NCBI GenBank assembly: GCA_944380945.1
Contig: CALWJG010000001.1
Location: 1 to 43,367 of the forward strand
Origin: an uncultured Agathobaculum sp.
Lineage (GTDB): Bacteria > Bacillota > Clostridia > Oscillospirales > Butyricicoccaceae
DNA length: 43,367 bases
Direction of reading: 5' to 3'
The notes under the pieces were generated by a model that did no database searches, was not told the DNA's origin, and was given only the letters and a program-made list of their open reading frames with translations. Made by a program: the position numbers and the translations under genes. How positions within the stretch are numbered: position 1 is the first letter of the stretch; every line of letters starts with the position of its first letter. Of the stretch, positions 1 through 11,090 are shown piece after piece.

Positions 1-1649
<1,649 letters not shown>

Positions 1650-1654
1650 GTTTA

Positions 1655-1876
1655 TCAATCCTTATTTTCAGAATTTTCCTGTTTTAGCGCGGGGGAAATC
1701 TCCATTAGATAGGTCATACAGGTAGACAGCAGGCCGATGAGCAGCGCAGCCCAGCCCACCACTGTCAGAAGCGGCAGCATGGTTCCCAGCGTCCACCAGA
1801 GCGTCGTGCTGAGTGCACACAAGATACTGGCGAGAAATTTCGTGCAGCTCCAGATAAATTGTTTGCTTTCTTTCAT
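1655..1876 (-). CDS. Small hypothetical membrane protein (73 aa, ~2 TM)
   Basis: GAGGGGA RBS before ATG; two hydrophobic segments; fills the hisS-aspS gap; about 50% GC by hand count. Confidence 0.65.
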   Translation of the reverse strand: MKESKQFIWSCTKFLASILCALSTTLWWTLGTMLPLLTVVGWAALLIGLLSTCMTYLMEISPALKQENSENKD

Positions 1877-1897
1877 AGCCGTATCCCCCTCATCTAT

Positions 1898-3256
1898 TTA
1901 CTTGTCGCAGATGACCTTGCCCTGATTCTTGGCCGCAAGGCCGTCCCGGATGCGGGCAATGGCCTCGTCCAGCGAAACCTTGACCTGCTCGCCGGTCTCC
2001 ATATCCTTGACCGCGAGCACATTTTCCTTGATCTCGTCCTCGCCGAGGAAGATGACATACGGGATGCCCAGCTTGTCGGCATAGCCGATCTTGTGCTTGA
2101 ACTTCTTCTGCTCGCTGTACAGCTGGGTGCGCACGCCCGCGCCGCGCAAGGACGTCGCCAGCGCGATGGCCGGCGCCATGTCGTCGGTCATGGGCAGGAT
2201 GAGCACATCTGCGGGCGCGCGGTTCATGCTGTCGTTCAGGTAGCCCTGCTCACCCAGCACATAGAACAGGCGCGTCAGGCCGATCGAGATGCCCACGCCC
2301 GGCAGCTGCTTGTCCGTATAGTATTCCGCGAGGTTGTCATACCGGCCGCCCGAGCAGATCGAGCCGATCTCCGGATGGTCGAGCATGGCGGTCTCGTACA
2401 CCGTGCCGGTGTAGTAGTCCAGACCGCGGGCGATGGTCAGGTCGATCTCAAAGTGGTCGGCCGGCACGCCGAAGGCGGTCATGTACTGCGCGACCGTTCT
2501 CAGCTCGTCCGCGCCCTGATCGAACACCTCGTTTCGGCCCTTGTAGCCCTCGAGCGCCGCGAGGATGCCCTCGGTGCCGCCCGGGGTGGAGATGAACGCC
2601 AGCAGCTCGTCCGCGGTTGCCGCGGCCACGCCGAAGTCGTCCGTCAAGATGGCCTTGACCTTTTCCGCGCCGATCTTCTCGAGCTTGTCGATCGTGCGCA
2701 TCACGTCGCCCGCCTTTTCGGTCAGGCCGAGGATGGCGAAAAAGCCGTTTAACACCTTGCGGTTGTTGATGCGGATCTTGAAGCGCTCGAGCCCCAGCGA
2801 GGTGAAGGTCTTGTAGATGATGCTCGGCACCTCAGCCTCGTTGATGATGTCCAGCTTGCCGTCGCCGATGACGTCGATATCCGCCTGATAGAACTCGCGG
2901 AAGCGGCCGCGCTGCGCGCGCTCGCCGCGGTAGACCTTGCCGATCTGGTAGCGGCGGAACGGGAACGTCAGCTCGCCGTAGTGCTGGGCGACGTACTTCG
3001 CCAGCGGCACGGTCAGGTCAAAGCGCAGGGACAGGTCGCTGTCGCCCTTGGTGAAGCGGTAGATCTGCTTCTCGGTCTCGCCGCCGCCCTTGGCGAGCAG
3101 CACCTCGGAGGATTCGATCAGCGGGGTGTCCAGCGGATAAAAGCCGTAGAGCGAATAGGTCTCGCGCAGCACCTGCATGATGCGCTCCATCTGCACCTGC
3201 GGCGCAGGCAGCAGCTCCATAAAGCCGGACAGGGTTCTCGGTTTCACTTTTTCCAT
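1898..3256 (-). CDS. hisS: Histidine--tRNA ligase
   Basis: LRFDLTVP, YRGERAQRGRFREFYQ, RGLDYYTG and GGRYDNL motifs; GAGGAG RBS. Confidence 0.98.
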   Translation of the reverse strand: MEKVKPRTLSGFMELLPAPQVQMERIMQVLRETYSLYGFYPLDTPLIESSEVLLAKGGGETEKQIYRFTKGDSDLSLRFDLTVPLAKYVAQHYGELTFPFRRYQIGKVYRGERAQRGRFREFYQADIDVIGDGKLDIINEAEVPSIIYKTFTSLGLERFKIRINNRKVLNGFFAILGLTEKAGDVMRTIDKLEKIGAEKVKAILTDDFGVAAATADELLAFISTPGGTEGILAALEGYKGRNEVFDQGADELRTVAQYMTAFGVPADHFEIDLTIARGLDYYTGTVYETAMLDHPEIGSICSGGRYDNLAEYYTDKQLPGVGISIGLTRLFYVLGEQGYLNDSMNRAPADVLILPMTDDMAPAIALATSLRGAGVRTQLYSEQKKFKHKIGYADKLGIPYVIFLGEDEIKENVLAVKDMETGEQVKVSLDEAIARIRDGLAAKNQGKVICDK

Positions 3257-3275
3257 GTTTCTTGATTCTCCTCAA

Positions 3276-3334
3276 GACAGACGGATGCACCGAACGGGCG
3301 TTTTCCTGCCCATCCGGTGCAAAATTGGTCTGTC
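3276..3334 (-). other. Long RNA hairpin between mgsA and hisS (no U-tract)
   Basis: On the minus-strand RNA, UGCACCGGAUGGGC pairs fully with GCCCGUUCGGUGCA (two G-U pairs), enclosed by an outer GACAGAC/GUCUGUC stem. Confidence 0.6.
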
Positions 3335-3338
3335 GTTT

Positions 3339-3749
3339 TTATTTCCTGTTCTTGGGGTTGACAAAATTACGCCAATCCAGATCGCCCCGGTCAAGGCCGA
3401 GGATGAGCATTTCCGCCGTGGCGGAGTTGGTCGCGATCGGGATGTTATGCATATCGCACAGACGCGCGATCGCGTGCACATCCGGCTCATACTGCGCATT
3501 GGACATCGGGTCGCGGAAAAACAGCACCAGATCGATCTCGTTATAGGCCACGCGAGAGGCGATCTGTTCCTCGCCGCCCTGCATGCCTGCCAGGCACTTG
3601 TCGATCTTGAGTCCCGTCGCTTCTTCCACGAATTTGCCGGTCGTTCCGGTGGCGCAAATGTCATGCTTCGCCAAAATGCCGCAGTACGCCATGCAGAACT
3701 GAACCATCAGTTCTTTTTTGCGGTCATGTGCGATGAGTGCTATGTTCAT
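3339..3749 (-). CDS. mgsA: Methylglyoxal synthase
   Basis: IALIAHDRKK, ATGTTG and IPIATN motifs. Confidence 0.95.
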   Translation of the reverse strand: MNIALIAHDRKKELMVQFCMAYCGILAKHDICATGTTGKFVEEATGLKIDKCLAGMQGGEEQIASRVAYNEIDLVLFFRDPMSNAQYEPDVHAIARLCDMHNIPIATNSATAEMLILGLDRGDLDWRNFVNPKNRK

Positions 3750-3851
3750 TTCAGGAGCATCCCCTTCCGTGTCTCAATCCACAACCTGTGCTGCTTCCAT
3801 TCTCGTTTTGTCCGTGTTTCTCTCGCTATGCTAACTGTTGATTTTGCTGGT

Positions 3852-4595
3852 TTATATCCGCATCAGCGGCACCCGCTCGCCCTCCAGCCGGCTTGCAATG
3901 TTCCGGAAGGCACGCGCTGCGCCGCCCTGCTTGACTGCCAATATGCTTTTGCCGCTGTTGCCGCAGGAGATGAGGTCCACATCCTCGGGCACGAGGCCCA
4001 GAAGCGGCAGCCCGGCTTCGTCCATTGCGTCGTCGATATTGCCCGAGCGGCCCTGCGTGATCAGGCGCGGCCGCACGCGGTTGAGCACCATGCGGATGCG
4101 CTGGATGCAGTATTCCTCCTCCAGCTTGCGCGCGCAGCGCTCCGCGCCGCGGATGCAGGCGCGGTCGGTCGCCGTGACGACGACCGCCTGCGTGGCGATA
4201 TGCGCCAGAAAAGACAGTTCCGCCGGCAGGCCCGCGGGACCGTCGATCACCACATAGTCAAAGCCGGCCTCCTCCGCCTGCACAGCGAGCTGCTCCATAC
4301 CGCGCTCGCTCAGCGCTGGCAATGCGACCGGCGCAGTGAGTAAGTACAGCGTTTCGTAATCCGGGTGGACGGCCATGGCGTCCGCCAGCGGCACGGCGCC
4401 GCCGGCGACGTCGGCAAAGGAATACACCACCCGGTCCGACATGCCCAGTACGATATCCAGATTGCGGAGGCCGCAGTCGCCGTCGATCAGGAGCACGCGG
4501 CTGCCGCGCTGCGCCAGGGCCGCGCCCACACCCGCTGTGAGGGTAGTTTTCCCTGTGCCGCCCTTGCCGGACACGACCAGAATGACCTTCAACAT
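3852..4595 (-). CDS. minD: Septum site-determining ATPase MinD
   Basis: Deviant Walker A SGKGGTGKTT and GLRNLDIVLG; TTG start with GGAGG RBS; located after pbp2. Confidence 0.88.
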   Translation of the reverse strand: MLKVILVVSGKGGTGKTTLTAGVGAALAQRGSRVLLIDGDCGLRNLDIVLGMSDRVVYSFADVAGGAVPLADAMAVHPDYETLYLLTAPVALPALSERGMEQLAVQAEEAGFDYVVIDGPAGLPAELSFLAHIATQAVVVTATDRACIRGAERCARKLEEEYCIQRIRMVLNRVRPRLITQGRSGNIDDAMDEAGLPLLGLVPEDVDLISCGNSGKSILAVKQGGAARAFRNIASRLEGERVPLMRI

Positions 4596-4627
4596 ACTGC
4601 CTCCGAAATCAAAAACTTATATATTGT

Positions 4628-4656
4628 ATTATAGCCTAACAACTGCCGATTTACAA
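4628..4656 (-). promoter_or_regulatory. Sigma-A-type promoter for minD-mgsA(-hisS-aspS)
   Basis: TTGTAA-17 bp-TATAAT on the minus strand in an AT-rich gap. Confidence 0.7.
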
Positions 4657-4706
4657 GCATTTTGGTTAATCTTTTATAAAAATACAGGATTTTTCCCAGA
4701 ATTCCT

Positions 4707-7013
4707 TCAGGGCACCATGGTGTTTTCCGCCTGTACGGACCGGACGGCGTCCGGCTCCTCCTCGGCGAAATAGGCGTCCAGAATATCGCGCACGACCGGC
4801 GCGACCGACGAACCGTGCCCCGCGCCCTCGCCGACCACGCAGATCACGATCTCCGGATCGTCAAACGGCGCAAAGGCGATGAACAGGCCGTTGGTGTAGT
4901 TGATCTGCACGCCGTCGACCACCTCGGTCATTTCCGCGGAGCCCGTCTTGCCGCCGACCTTGATCGGATAGTCGGCAAACGTGGTCGCCGCGGTGCCGCC
5001 CTCGGCGGTAACCTCGCTCATGCCCTGCATGACGAGGTCGTAGGTGGCGTCCGAGATCTCGATCGTGCCGATCACCTCGGGCTCCTCCGCCTGCACGGTG
5101 TCCGAATAGTCATAGGTCTTGATGCTGCGCACCAGCGTGGGCTTGTACAGCGTGCCGCCGTTGACGACCGCCGCCATGTAGTTGGCCAGCTGCAGGGGGG
5201 TAAAGGAGTTGTCCGACTGGCCGATCGCCGCGTTGACGTCGTCGCCGCCCATCCATTCGCGCTGGTCGGGGTCGGTTTTCCGCTGCTCCTCGCGGTAGGT
5301 CGGGCCGGCGGCGTGGCCGGCGCGCTCGCCGATCTCGATGCCGGTCACGTTGCCCAGACCGAAGCGGTCGCACCACTGCTCGAGGTGCGCGCCGGTCAGC
5401 AGCAGGCCGACATTGTAGAAATAGGTGTTGCACGAATATTTGATGGCCGTGGTCACATCCATGGTCATGGGCGTATCGTGGTTGTTGCAGGCGAAGGTGC
5501 TGCCGCCGTATTCGAATTTGCCCGTGCAGGTGAAGCTGGTGTTCGCATCGATCAGCCCCTCCTCGAGCGCGGCGATCGCGGTGAGCACCTTGAACGTCGA
5601 GCCGGGCGGATACAGGCCGCCTGTGGCGCGGTTGAGCTCGGGATGGCGGGAATCCGCGCTGATCTCGTCATAATCGCGGTTGTAATTCTCCAGATCATAG
5701 GTCGGATAGGACGCCATGACCAGCACCTCGCCCGTGTCCGGGTCGAGCGCGACCGCCGCGCCGCCCCGTCCGTAGCCGGAGAGGTAGTTGGCCATCGAGT
5801 CCTCCGCCACCTGCTGCAGCTCCAGATCGATGGTGGTGATGACATTGTCGCCCGGCTGGGGCGCGTTGGAGTTTTCGTCCTCCAGCACCGAGCCGCTGCC
5901 GAGGTCGGTCTCGACCGTGCGCGAGCCGGCCGTGCCGTGCAGATAGGACTCGAGCGCGGCCTCCAAACCCGACTTGCCGATGTCGTCGCTCATCAGGTAA
6001 CCCGCCTTTTCGCGGTAGGGGCCGCCGTTTTTGTCGCCGTTCCACTCTTCATAATCGACCGAGCCCACCGTGCCGAGGATGTGCGCGGCAGAATCCGTGT
6101 CATAGCTGCGCACGGCCTTGCTCTCGACGTCCACGCCCTCATAATCCTGATGGTGCTCCTTGATGTAGGCGATCAGGTCCATGGAGACGTTGTCCGCCAG
6201 CGTAAAGGTCGTGGTGTTGCTAAAGCTGACCTGCCGCATGCTGTAATACAGCCCGACCAGCAGGCGCACGTCCTCATCGGACAGGCCGGTGGGCAGGTAG
6301 GCGTTCTCCTCCAGATAGGCGCGCATCGCGTCGATAAATTCGGACGCGGAGACGATCTCGGTCGCGTCCAGCGCCTCCTCCTGATCGATCTCGTTGCCCT
6401 CCGCATCGTACTGCGGATCCTGCTCGTTCGCCGCGCGGGCGGCCTCCTTGGCCTGCTGCAGCTCCTCCAGCCCGAGCGTGGACGCGCTCTCCTTGATGTA
6501 CGCGGAGAGCTCCGTGCGGTCGTCGCTCTCGCCCACATAGGCAAAGGGGGCGGTGTCAGTGATCGGCAGCATGTCGTTGAGCACCGCGCCGCCGGCATCG
6601 CTTTCTTCCGTTCCCTCCGCCGTCTCGAGGATCTCCTCCTCATCCGCGGTTTCGTCCGCATCGTCCGCGGACGCATCGCCCGCCGCCGCGCTGCCGTCCG
6701 CCTGCACGCGGTGCGCCAGATCGAGCAGCTTGGTGAAGCGGTCCTCCTTATCCTCCCAGAACGAGGCGTAGATCAGCACGAGCGAAAAGCCGGTCTGGTT
6801 GGTCACCATCGGGCGGCCGTAGCGGTCGAGGATCTCGCCGCGCGCCGCCGAGACGGTCGAGGTGGTGGTCAGGAACTCCGCCGAGCGGTGCAGATAGTTC
6901 TCGCCGTTGACGATCTGCAGCTGCACCAGCTGCGCGCCCGCCAGCCCGAAGCAAAGCAGCAGCAGGCAGCCGAGCGCCATCAGCCGGCGCAGCAGTTGAT
7001 TTTTATTTACCAT
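4707..7013 (-). CDS. mrdA: Class B penicillin-binding protein 2 (elongasome transpeptidase)
   Basis: N-terminal TM; RGEILDRYG; PGSTFK (SxxK), YSCN (SxN), KTG; ATG at 7013 with AAAGAGGA RBS; follows mreD. Confidence 0.92.
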   Translation of the reverse strand: MVNKNQLLRRLMALGCLLLLCFGLAGAQLVQLQIVNGENYLHRSAEFLTTTSTVSAARGEILDRYGRPMVTNQTGFSLVLIYASFWEDKEDRFTKLLDLAHRVQADGSAAAGDASADDADETADEEEILETAEGTEESDAGGAVLNDMLPITDTAPFAYVGESDDRTELSAYIKESASTLGLEELQQAKEAARAANEQDPQYDAEGNEIDQEEALDATEIVSASEFIDAMRAYLEENAYLPTGLSDEDVRLLVGLYYSMRQVSFSNTTTFTLADNVSMDLIAYIKEHHQDYEGVDVESKAVRSYDTDSAAHILGTVGSVDYEEWNGDKNGGPYREKAGYLMSDDIGKSGLEAALESYLHGTAGSRTVETDLGSGSVLEDENSNAPQPGDNVITTIDLELQQVAEDSMANYLSGYGRGGAAVALDPDTGEVLVMASYPTYDLENYNRDYDEISADSRHPELNRATGGLYPPGSTFKVLTAIAALEEGLIDANTSFTCTGKFEYGGSTFACNNHDTPMTMDVTTAIKYSCNTYFYNVGLLLTGAHLEQWCDRFGLGNVTGIEIGERAGHAAGPTYREEQRKTDPDQREWMGGDDVNAAIGQSDNSFTPLQLANYMAAVVNGGTLYKPTLVRSIKTYDYSDTVQAEEPEVIGTIEISDATYDLVMQGMSEVTAEGGTAATTFADYPIKVGGKTGSAEMTEVVDGVQINYTNGLFIAFAPFDDPEIVICVVGEGAGHGSSVAPVVRDILDAYFAEEEPDAVRSVQAENTMVP

Positions 7014-7035
7014 TTGCGGTTTCCTCTTTTCCGGA

Positions 7036-7545
7036 TCATCGGTCGGCAAACAGGCGGCTGATGCGCCGCATGGGGAAATACGCGACAAAGCTGAACAGGC
7101 AGGTCAGCAGCGTGCCTGCCGCGACCTGCCGGAGCACCAGCCCCAGCGACGCGCCCGCCTGCGGCAGCAGGTAGGCGAAATAGCGCAGCAGGCCCAGCAG
7201 GACCATTTCAAACGCGGTCGTCAGCAGCATGGAAACATAGCTGCCGCTGAGCGCCATCCGGCTGAATACCCCGGCCCCCAGCCCGAACAGCAGGAAAAAC
7301 AACGGGTACAGCCCGTCGATCCCGATAAAGCCCAGATCGTACAGCAGGCCGACCGCAATGCCGACGATCATGCCCTCGGCCGGGCCGTCGAGCAGCGCGG
7401 CGGCGACCACCAGCGCGGGCAGCACGTCCACATGGTAGCCCGCGATCGACCATGCGCCGAACAGCGTGGTCTGCACCACATAGAGCAGCAGCGCCAGCAG
7501 GATGTACAGCACGATCTTGGGGATGGATAAACGTTCTCTCTGCAT
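7036..7545 (-). CDS. mreD: Rod shape-determining protein MreD
   Basis: Very hydrophobic ~169-aa protein (MQRERLSIPK...) with GLLYD motif, between mreC and pbp2. Confidence 0.85.
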   Translation of the reverse strand: MQRERLSIPKIVLYILLALLLYVVQTTLFGAWSIAGYHVDVLPALVVAAALLDGPAEGMIVGIAVGLLYDLGFIGIDGLYPLFFLLFGLGAGVFSRMALSGSYVSMLLTTAFEMVLLGLLRYFAYLLPQAGASLGLVLRQVAAGTLLTCLFSFVAYFPMRRISRLFADR

Positions 7546-7549
7546 GGAC

Positions 7550-8401
7550 TCACTCCGTCGTATCCGTATAGTCAGTGACGATCGAGACGCTCGAGACCGT
7601 GTCCACATCGACGAACGGCCGGAGCACCGCGTAATAGGAAATGCCGTTGTCCTCGGGCAGCACGTTTTCCACCGTGCCGATCATCACGCCCTTGGGGAAC
7701 ACGCCGCCGCGGCCCGAGGTCTCGACCGTGTCGCCGATGACCACGCTCGCGTCCTCGGTCAGGTAGGACAGGCGCAGGTTGCCCTCGGCCATCAGGTCGT
7801 AATCGCCCTCGGCGATGGCGGTCTCGCGCGTGCGGGTGATCAGCGCGCCGCACTGCATCTCCACATCGACCACAGTCGTGATCTCGCAGGTGTTGCCGGC
7901 CACCTCGCTGACGTAGCCGGCCATGCCGTCCACCGTGATGACGAGGTCGCCCACCTCCACGCCGTGATTCGAGCCCTTGTCCAGCGTCAGCGTGGTCGCC
8001 CAGTCGCCCGGGTTGCGGGCGATGACCTCGGCCTCGACCGTGGTCAGGTCGCGCTGGCGCTCGGGCTGGCCCGCCTGCTGGCGCAGCCGGGCGTTTTCCT
8101 CGAGCGCGAGCTCGGCGTCGCGCACGGTCTGCTCCATCTCGCGGAGCTGGCGCCGCAGCTCTTCGTTTTCCGCCTGCAGCGCGTCAAAATCCGTAAAATA
8201 GCTGAGCCCCTTGCCGAAAAAGCCGCCGATGCCCGACGCTGCGCGCTGCACCGGCGTTGTCACGAAGCGCACGACCCGCGTCACGGGCGAGGGGTTGCCG
8301 GTGATGCCGCTGTACAGTGCAGACAGCACGCACAGCGCGGCCACGACCGCCCCGCCGATCAAAAAGCGCGAGCCCATGCCCGTTCTGTTCCGTCTTCGCA
8401 A
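7550..8401 (-). CDS. mreC: Rod shape-determining protein MreC
   Basis: TM, coiled coil (LEENARLR), TLDKGSNHGV and TSGRGGVFPKG. TTG start at 8401 behind AAAGGAG; ATG at 8377 is an alternative. Confidence 0.92.
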   Translation of the reverse strand: MRRRNRTGMGSRFLIGGAVVAALCVLSALYSGITGNPSPVTRVVRFVTTPVQRAASGIGGFFGKGLSYFTDFDALQAENEELRRQLREMEQTVRDAELALEENARLRQQAGQPERQRDLTTVEAEVIARNPGDWATTLTLDKGSNHGVEVGDLVITVDGMAGYVSEVAGNTCEITTVVDVEMQCGALITRTRETAIAEGDYDLMAEGNLRLSYLTEDASVVIGDTVETSGRGGVFPKGVMIGTVENVLPEDNGISYYAVLRPFVDVDTVSSVSIVTDYTDTTE

Positions 8402-8489
8402 AATGCCAAAACTCCTTTCCAGATCCCATGCGGGAACGCATCCCGCCGGGGCGGGACGCGGATGTTCTCTTCTGAAAGCCGCGCGCCGG

Positions 8490-9053
8490 TCAGACCGCGC
8501 GCAGGCTGCGCAAAATCTCATACAGCGGCGCGACCGGCAGGCCCATGACGCTGTAATAATCCCCTTCGATGCCGCGCACGAGCAGCGCGCCGTGCCCCTG
8601 GATGCCGTAGGCGCCCGCCTTGTCGAGCGGCTCGCCCGTGGCGAGGTAGGCGGCAAGCTCCTCCTCGGTAAAATCGCGGAAGGTCACGCGGGTGCGGGTG
8701 CACAGCGTGCGCGCGCCGCCCGCGGGCGGCAGCACAGCCAGACCGGTCAGCACCTCGTGCGTGCGGCCGCGCAGGCGGCGCAGCATGGCCGCGGCCTGCT
8801 GCTCATCCGCCGGCTTGCCGAGCGGCAGCCCGTCGATCGTGACCATGGTGTCCGACCCGATGCACAGCGCCGCAGGGTGCAGCGCCTGCGCGGCCTCGGC
8901 CTTGAGACGGCTGAGCCGCACGACCTCGCCGTCCAGCGGCGCGCCGGGGCGCAGCGTTTCGTCCGCATCCACCGGACAGACCGCGAAATCCTTCGTGATC
9001 AGCGCCAGCAGCTCGCGCCTGCGCGGCGAGCCGGACGCCAGAATGATGTCCAC
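8490..9053 (-). CDS. maf: Maf-family nucleoside triphosphate pyrophosphatase
   Basis: ILASGSPRRRELL, GSDTMV, DKAGAYGIQ and VMGLP motifs. Confidence 0.95.
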   Translation of the reverse strand: MDIILASGSPRRRELLALITKDFAVCPVDADETLRPGAPLDGEVVRLSRLKAEAAQALHPAALCIGSDTMVTIDGLPLGKPADEQQAAAMLRRLRGRTHEVLTGLAVLPPAGGARTLCTRTRVTFRDFTEEELAAYLATGEPLDKAGAYGIQGHGALLVRGIEGDYYSVMGLPVAPLYEILRSLRAV

Positions 9054-9056
9054 TTT

Positions 9057-11090
9057 TTACTCTACCCCTCTTTTATACAGTCCCTTTGTGAATTCCCCGT
9101 GGAGGGGTTCGCCCGAAAGGAAGGCCTGCGCGATGCGCGCGCATTCCTCGGGCGCTTCGGTGGTGAACAGCAACCGCGCGGTCTGCACGCCCAGACGCGC
9201 ATAATCCTCGCGCAGGCAGAGCGGCCGGCTGTTGAGCAGCGTGTTGCGGCAGCCGTATTCGGGCAGGAGCGCAAAGCGCTCGCCGCGCCGGTCGGTCAGA
9301 TAGGTGACGCCGTCCTGACAGCTGCATTTGCCGCCGTGCTGGCGGCGGATGGCGCAGTTTTCAAAGATCATCAGCGGCAGATAGCCGTAGACGATCAGCT
9401 CGGTCTCGAGCGGGCCCTGCATATCGCGGATCTGCGCGAGCCGCGCCTCAAACGACAGGGTCTGCCGCCGCACGCCCAGCTCGGCCAGCGCGCACAGGGT
9501 CTTGCTGTTGTAGGCGTTCAGGCCGAAGCCGCCGTGCACGGCAAAGCCCAGCCGCCGCGCCAGCGCCAGATGGCCAAGGTTGCCCGCGAGCACGGTCTGC
9601 GTGCCGCGGCTCATGGCCTCGCCCAGCAGCATTTCGATCTCGGGCTGCTCATTGTCCGAAAACACGCGCGGCAGCACGGCCGGCAGGCCGGTCTTGGCCG
9701 CAACGTCCAGCGGCGCGTACACGGTCTCCAGCCCGAGCCCCTGCAGCGCGTCCGCCTGCGCGCGGGTGCGCACGGACGCGGTATAGCCCAGAAAGCCCTC
9801 GCGCGGGGCGCTTTCCGCGTCGCGCGCGAGCAGCGGCCCCTCCAGCCAGTCGCGGGAGGGCGGTGCGGCGCGGCGGGCCAGCAGCAGCTCGAGCGCATCG
9901 CGCCGCATGCCGTTCATCGCAGCGGCGGGGATGGCCAGCCCGTCCTCGAGCTCGATGCGCAGGTTTTTGACATAAAAGGGCGTGCCGCCCGTCTTGCGGA
10001 GGGATTTCTCCACCATCTCCGGCGTGGTCGGGCGGTTTTTCGCCTGCTCGACCGGCGCCATGGCGGAAACGCCGTCCGCGCTGAGCACCGCGCCGGTATC
10101 CTTCCGCGCGGTAAAGCACAGCGACACCGGCACGAGCGGCGCCTCCCTGCCGGGCGCAAAGCGGCGCGCGGCCTCGTCATAGAGCCCCTGCACCTCATGC
10201 AGGGGCACGTCGGTCTTGGTGCCGAACATTTTATCGCCGGTCTTACCGGTGTAATAGCCGTCCGTGAATCCGTCCCGCGAGAACACGCGGCGCAGCGTAT
10301 CGCGCTCCGCCGGGGTGGGGGCGCGCCGCTCGCGCAGCAGATCGGCATAGATTTTTGTGACGATCGCGGTGTACTCCGGCCGCTTCATGCGCCCCTCGAT
10401 CTTGAGCGAGGACACGCCGAGCTCGGCCAGCTCAGCCACATGGCCGGCCAGCGCCAGATCCTTGAGCGACAGCGGGTAGCCGCCGCTGTACGGCAGGCGG
10501 CAGGGCTGGGCGCACAGGCCGCGGTTGCCCGACCGCTGCCCGATCACCGCGGACAGGTAGCACTGCCCGGAATAACACATGCACAGCGCGCCGTGGACGA
10601 ACACCTCGGTCTCGACGCCCGCCTGCTCGGTGATCAGGCGCACCTCGTCCCGCGTGCACTCACGGCTGAGCACCACGCGCGAAAAGCCGAGGTCGCGCGC
10701 CTCACGCGCGCCGTCGAGCGTGTGTATGGTCATCTGGGTCGAGGCGTGCAGCGCGAAATCCGGCGCATGCGCATGCAGCAGCCGCGCAAGGCCCAGATCC
10801 TGCACGATCAGCGCATCCGCGCCCGCCTCATAGAGGAATTTCGCATCCCGCATCGCGTCGTCCAGCTCGCGGTCGCCCGCGAGGATGTTGAGCGTGATGT
10901 TGGTCTTGACCCCGCGCGCCCGGCAGTAGGCGATGGCCTGCGCCATCTCATCGGGCGAAAAGCCCTGCGCGTTCCGGCGCGCGTTGAATGTGCCGAAGCC
11001 CATATAGACCGCGCCCGCGCCCGACTGCACCGCCGCGCGCACGCCCTCGGGCGAGCCCGCGGGCGCAAGCAGCTCTATCGTCTCGCTCAT
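9057..11090 (-). CDS. Peptidase U32 family Fe-S protein with DUF3656 (RlhA/TrhP-like RNA hydroxylation factor)
   Basis: ELLAPAGS, HASTQM, EVFVHGALCMCYSGQC...GLCAQPCR, LKIEGRMK. ATG at 11090 overlaps the zapA stop (ATGA). Confidence 0.9.
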   Translation of the reverse strand: MSETIELLAPAGSPEGVRAAVQSGAGAVYMGFGTFNARRNAQGFSPDEMAQAIAYCRARGVKTNITLNILAGDRELDDAMRDAKFLYEAGADALIVQDLGLARLLHAHAPDFALHASTQMTIHTLDGAREARDLGFSRVVLSRECTRDEVRLITEQAGVETEVFVHGALCMCYSGQCYLSAVIGQRSGNRGLCAQPCRLPYSGGYPLSLKDLALAGHVAELAELGVSSLKIEGRMKRPEYTAIVTKIYADLLRERRAPTPAERDTLRRVFSRDGFTDGYYTGKTGDKMFGTKTDVPLHEVQGLYDEAARRFAPGREAPLVPVSLCFTARKDTGAVLSADGVSAMAPVEQAKNRPTTPEMVEKSLRKTGGTPFYVKNLRIELEDGLAIPAAAMNGMRRDALELLLARRAAPPSRDWLEGPLLARDAESAPREGFLGYTASVRTRAQADALQGLGLETVYAPLDVAAKTGLPAVLPRVFSDNEQPEIEMLLGEAMSRGTQTVLAGNLGHLALARRLGFAVHGGFGLNAYNSKTLCALAELGVRRQTLSFEARLAQIRDMQGPLETELIVYGYLPLMIFENCAIRRQHGGKCSCQDGVTYLTDRRGERFALLPEYGCRNTLLNSRPLCLREDYARLGVQTARLLFTTEAPEECARIAQAFLSGEPLHGEFTKGLYKRGVE

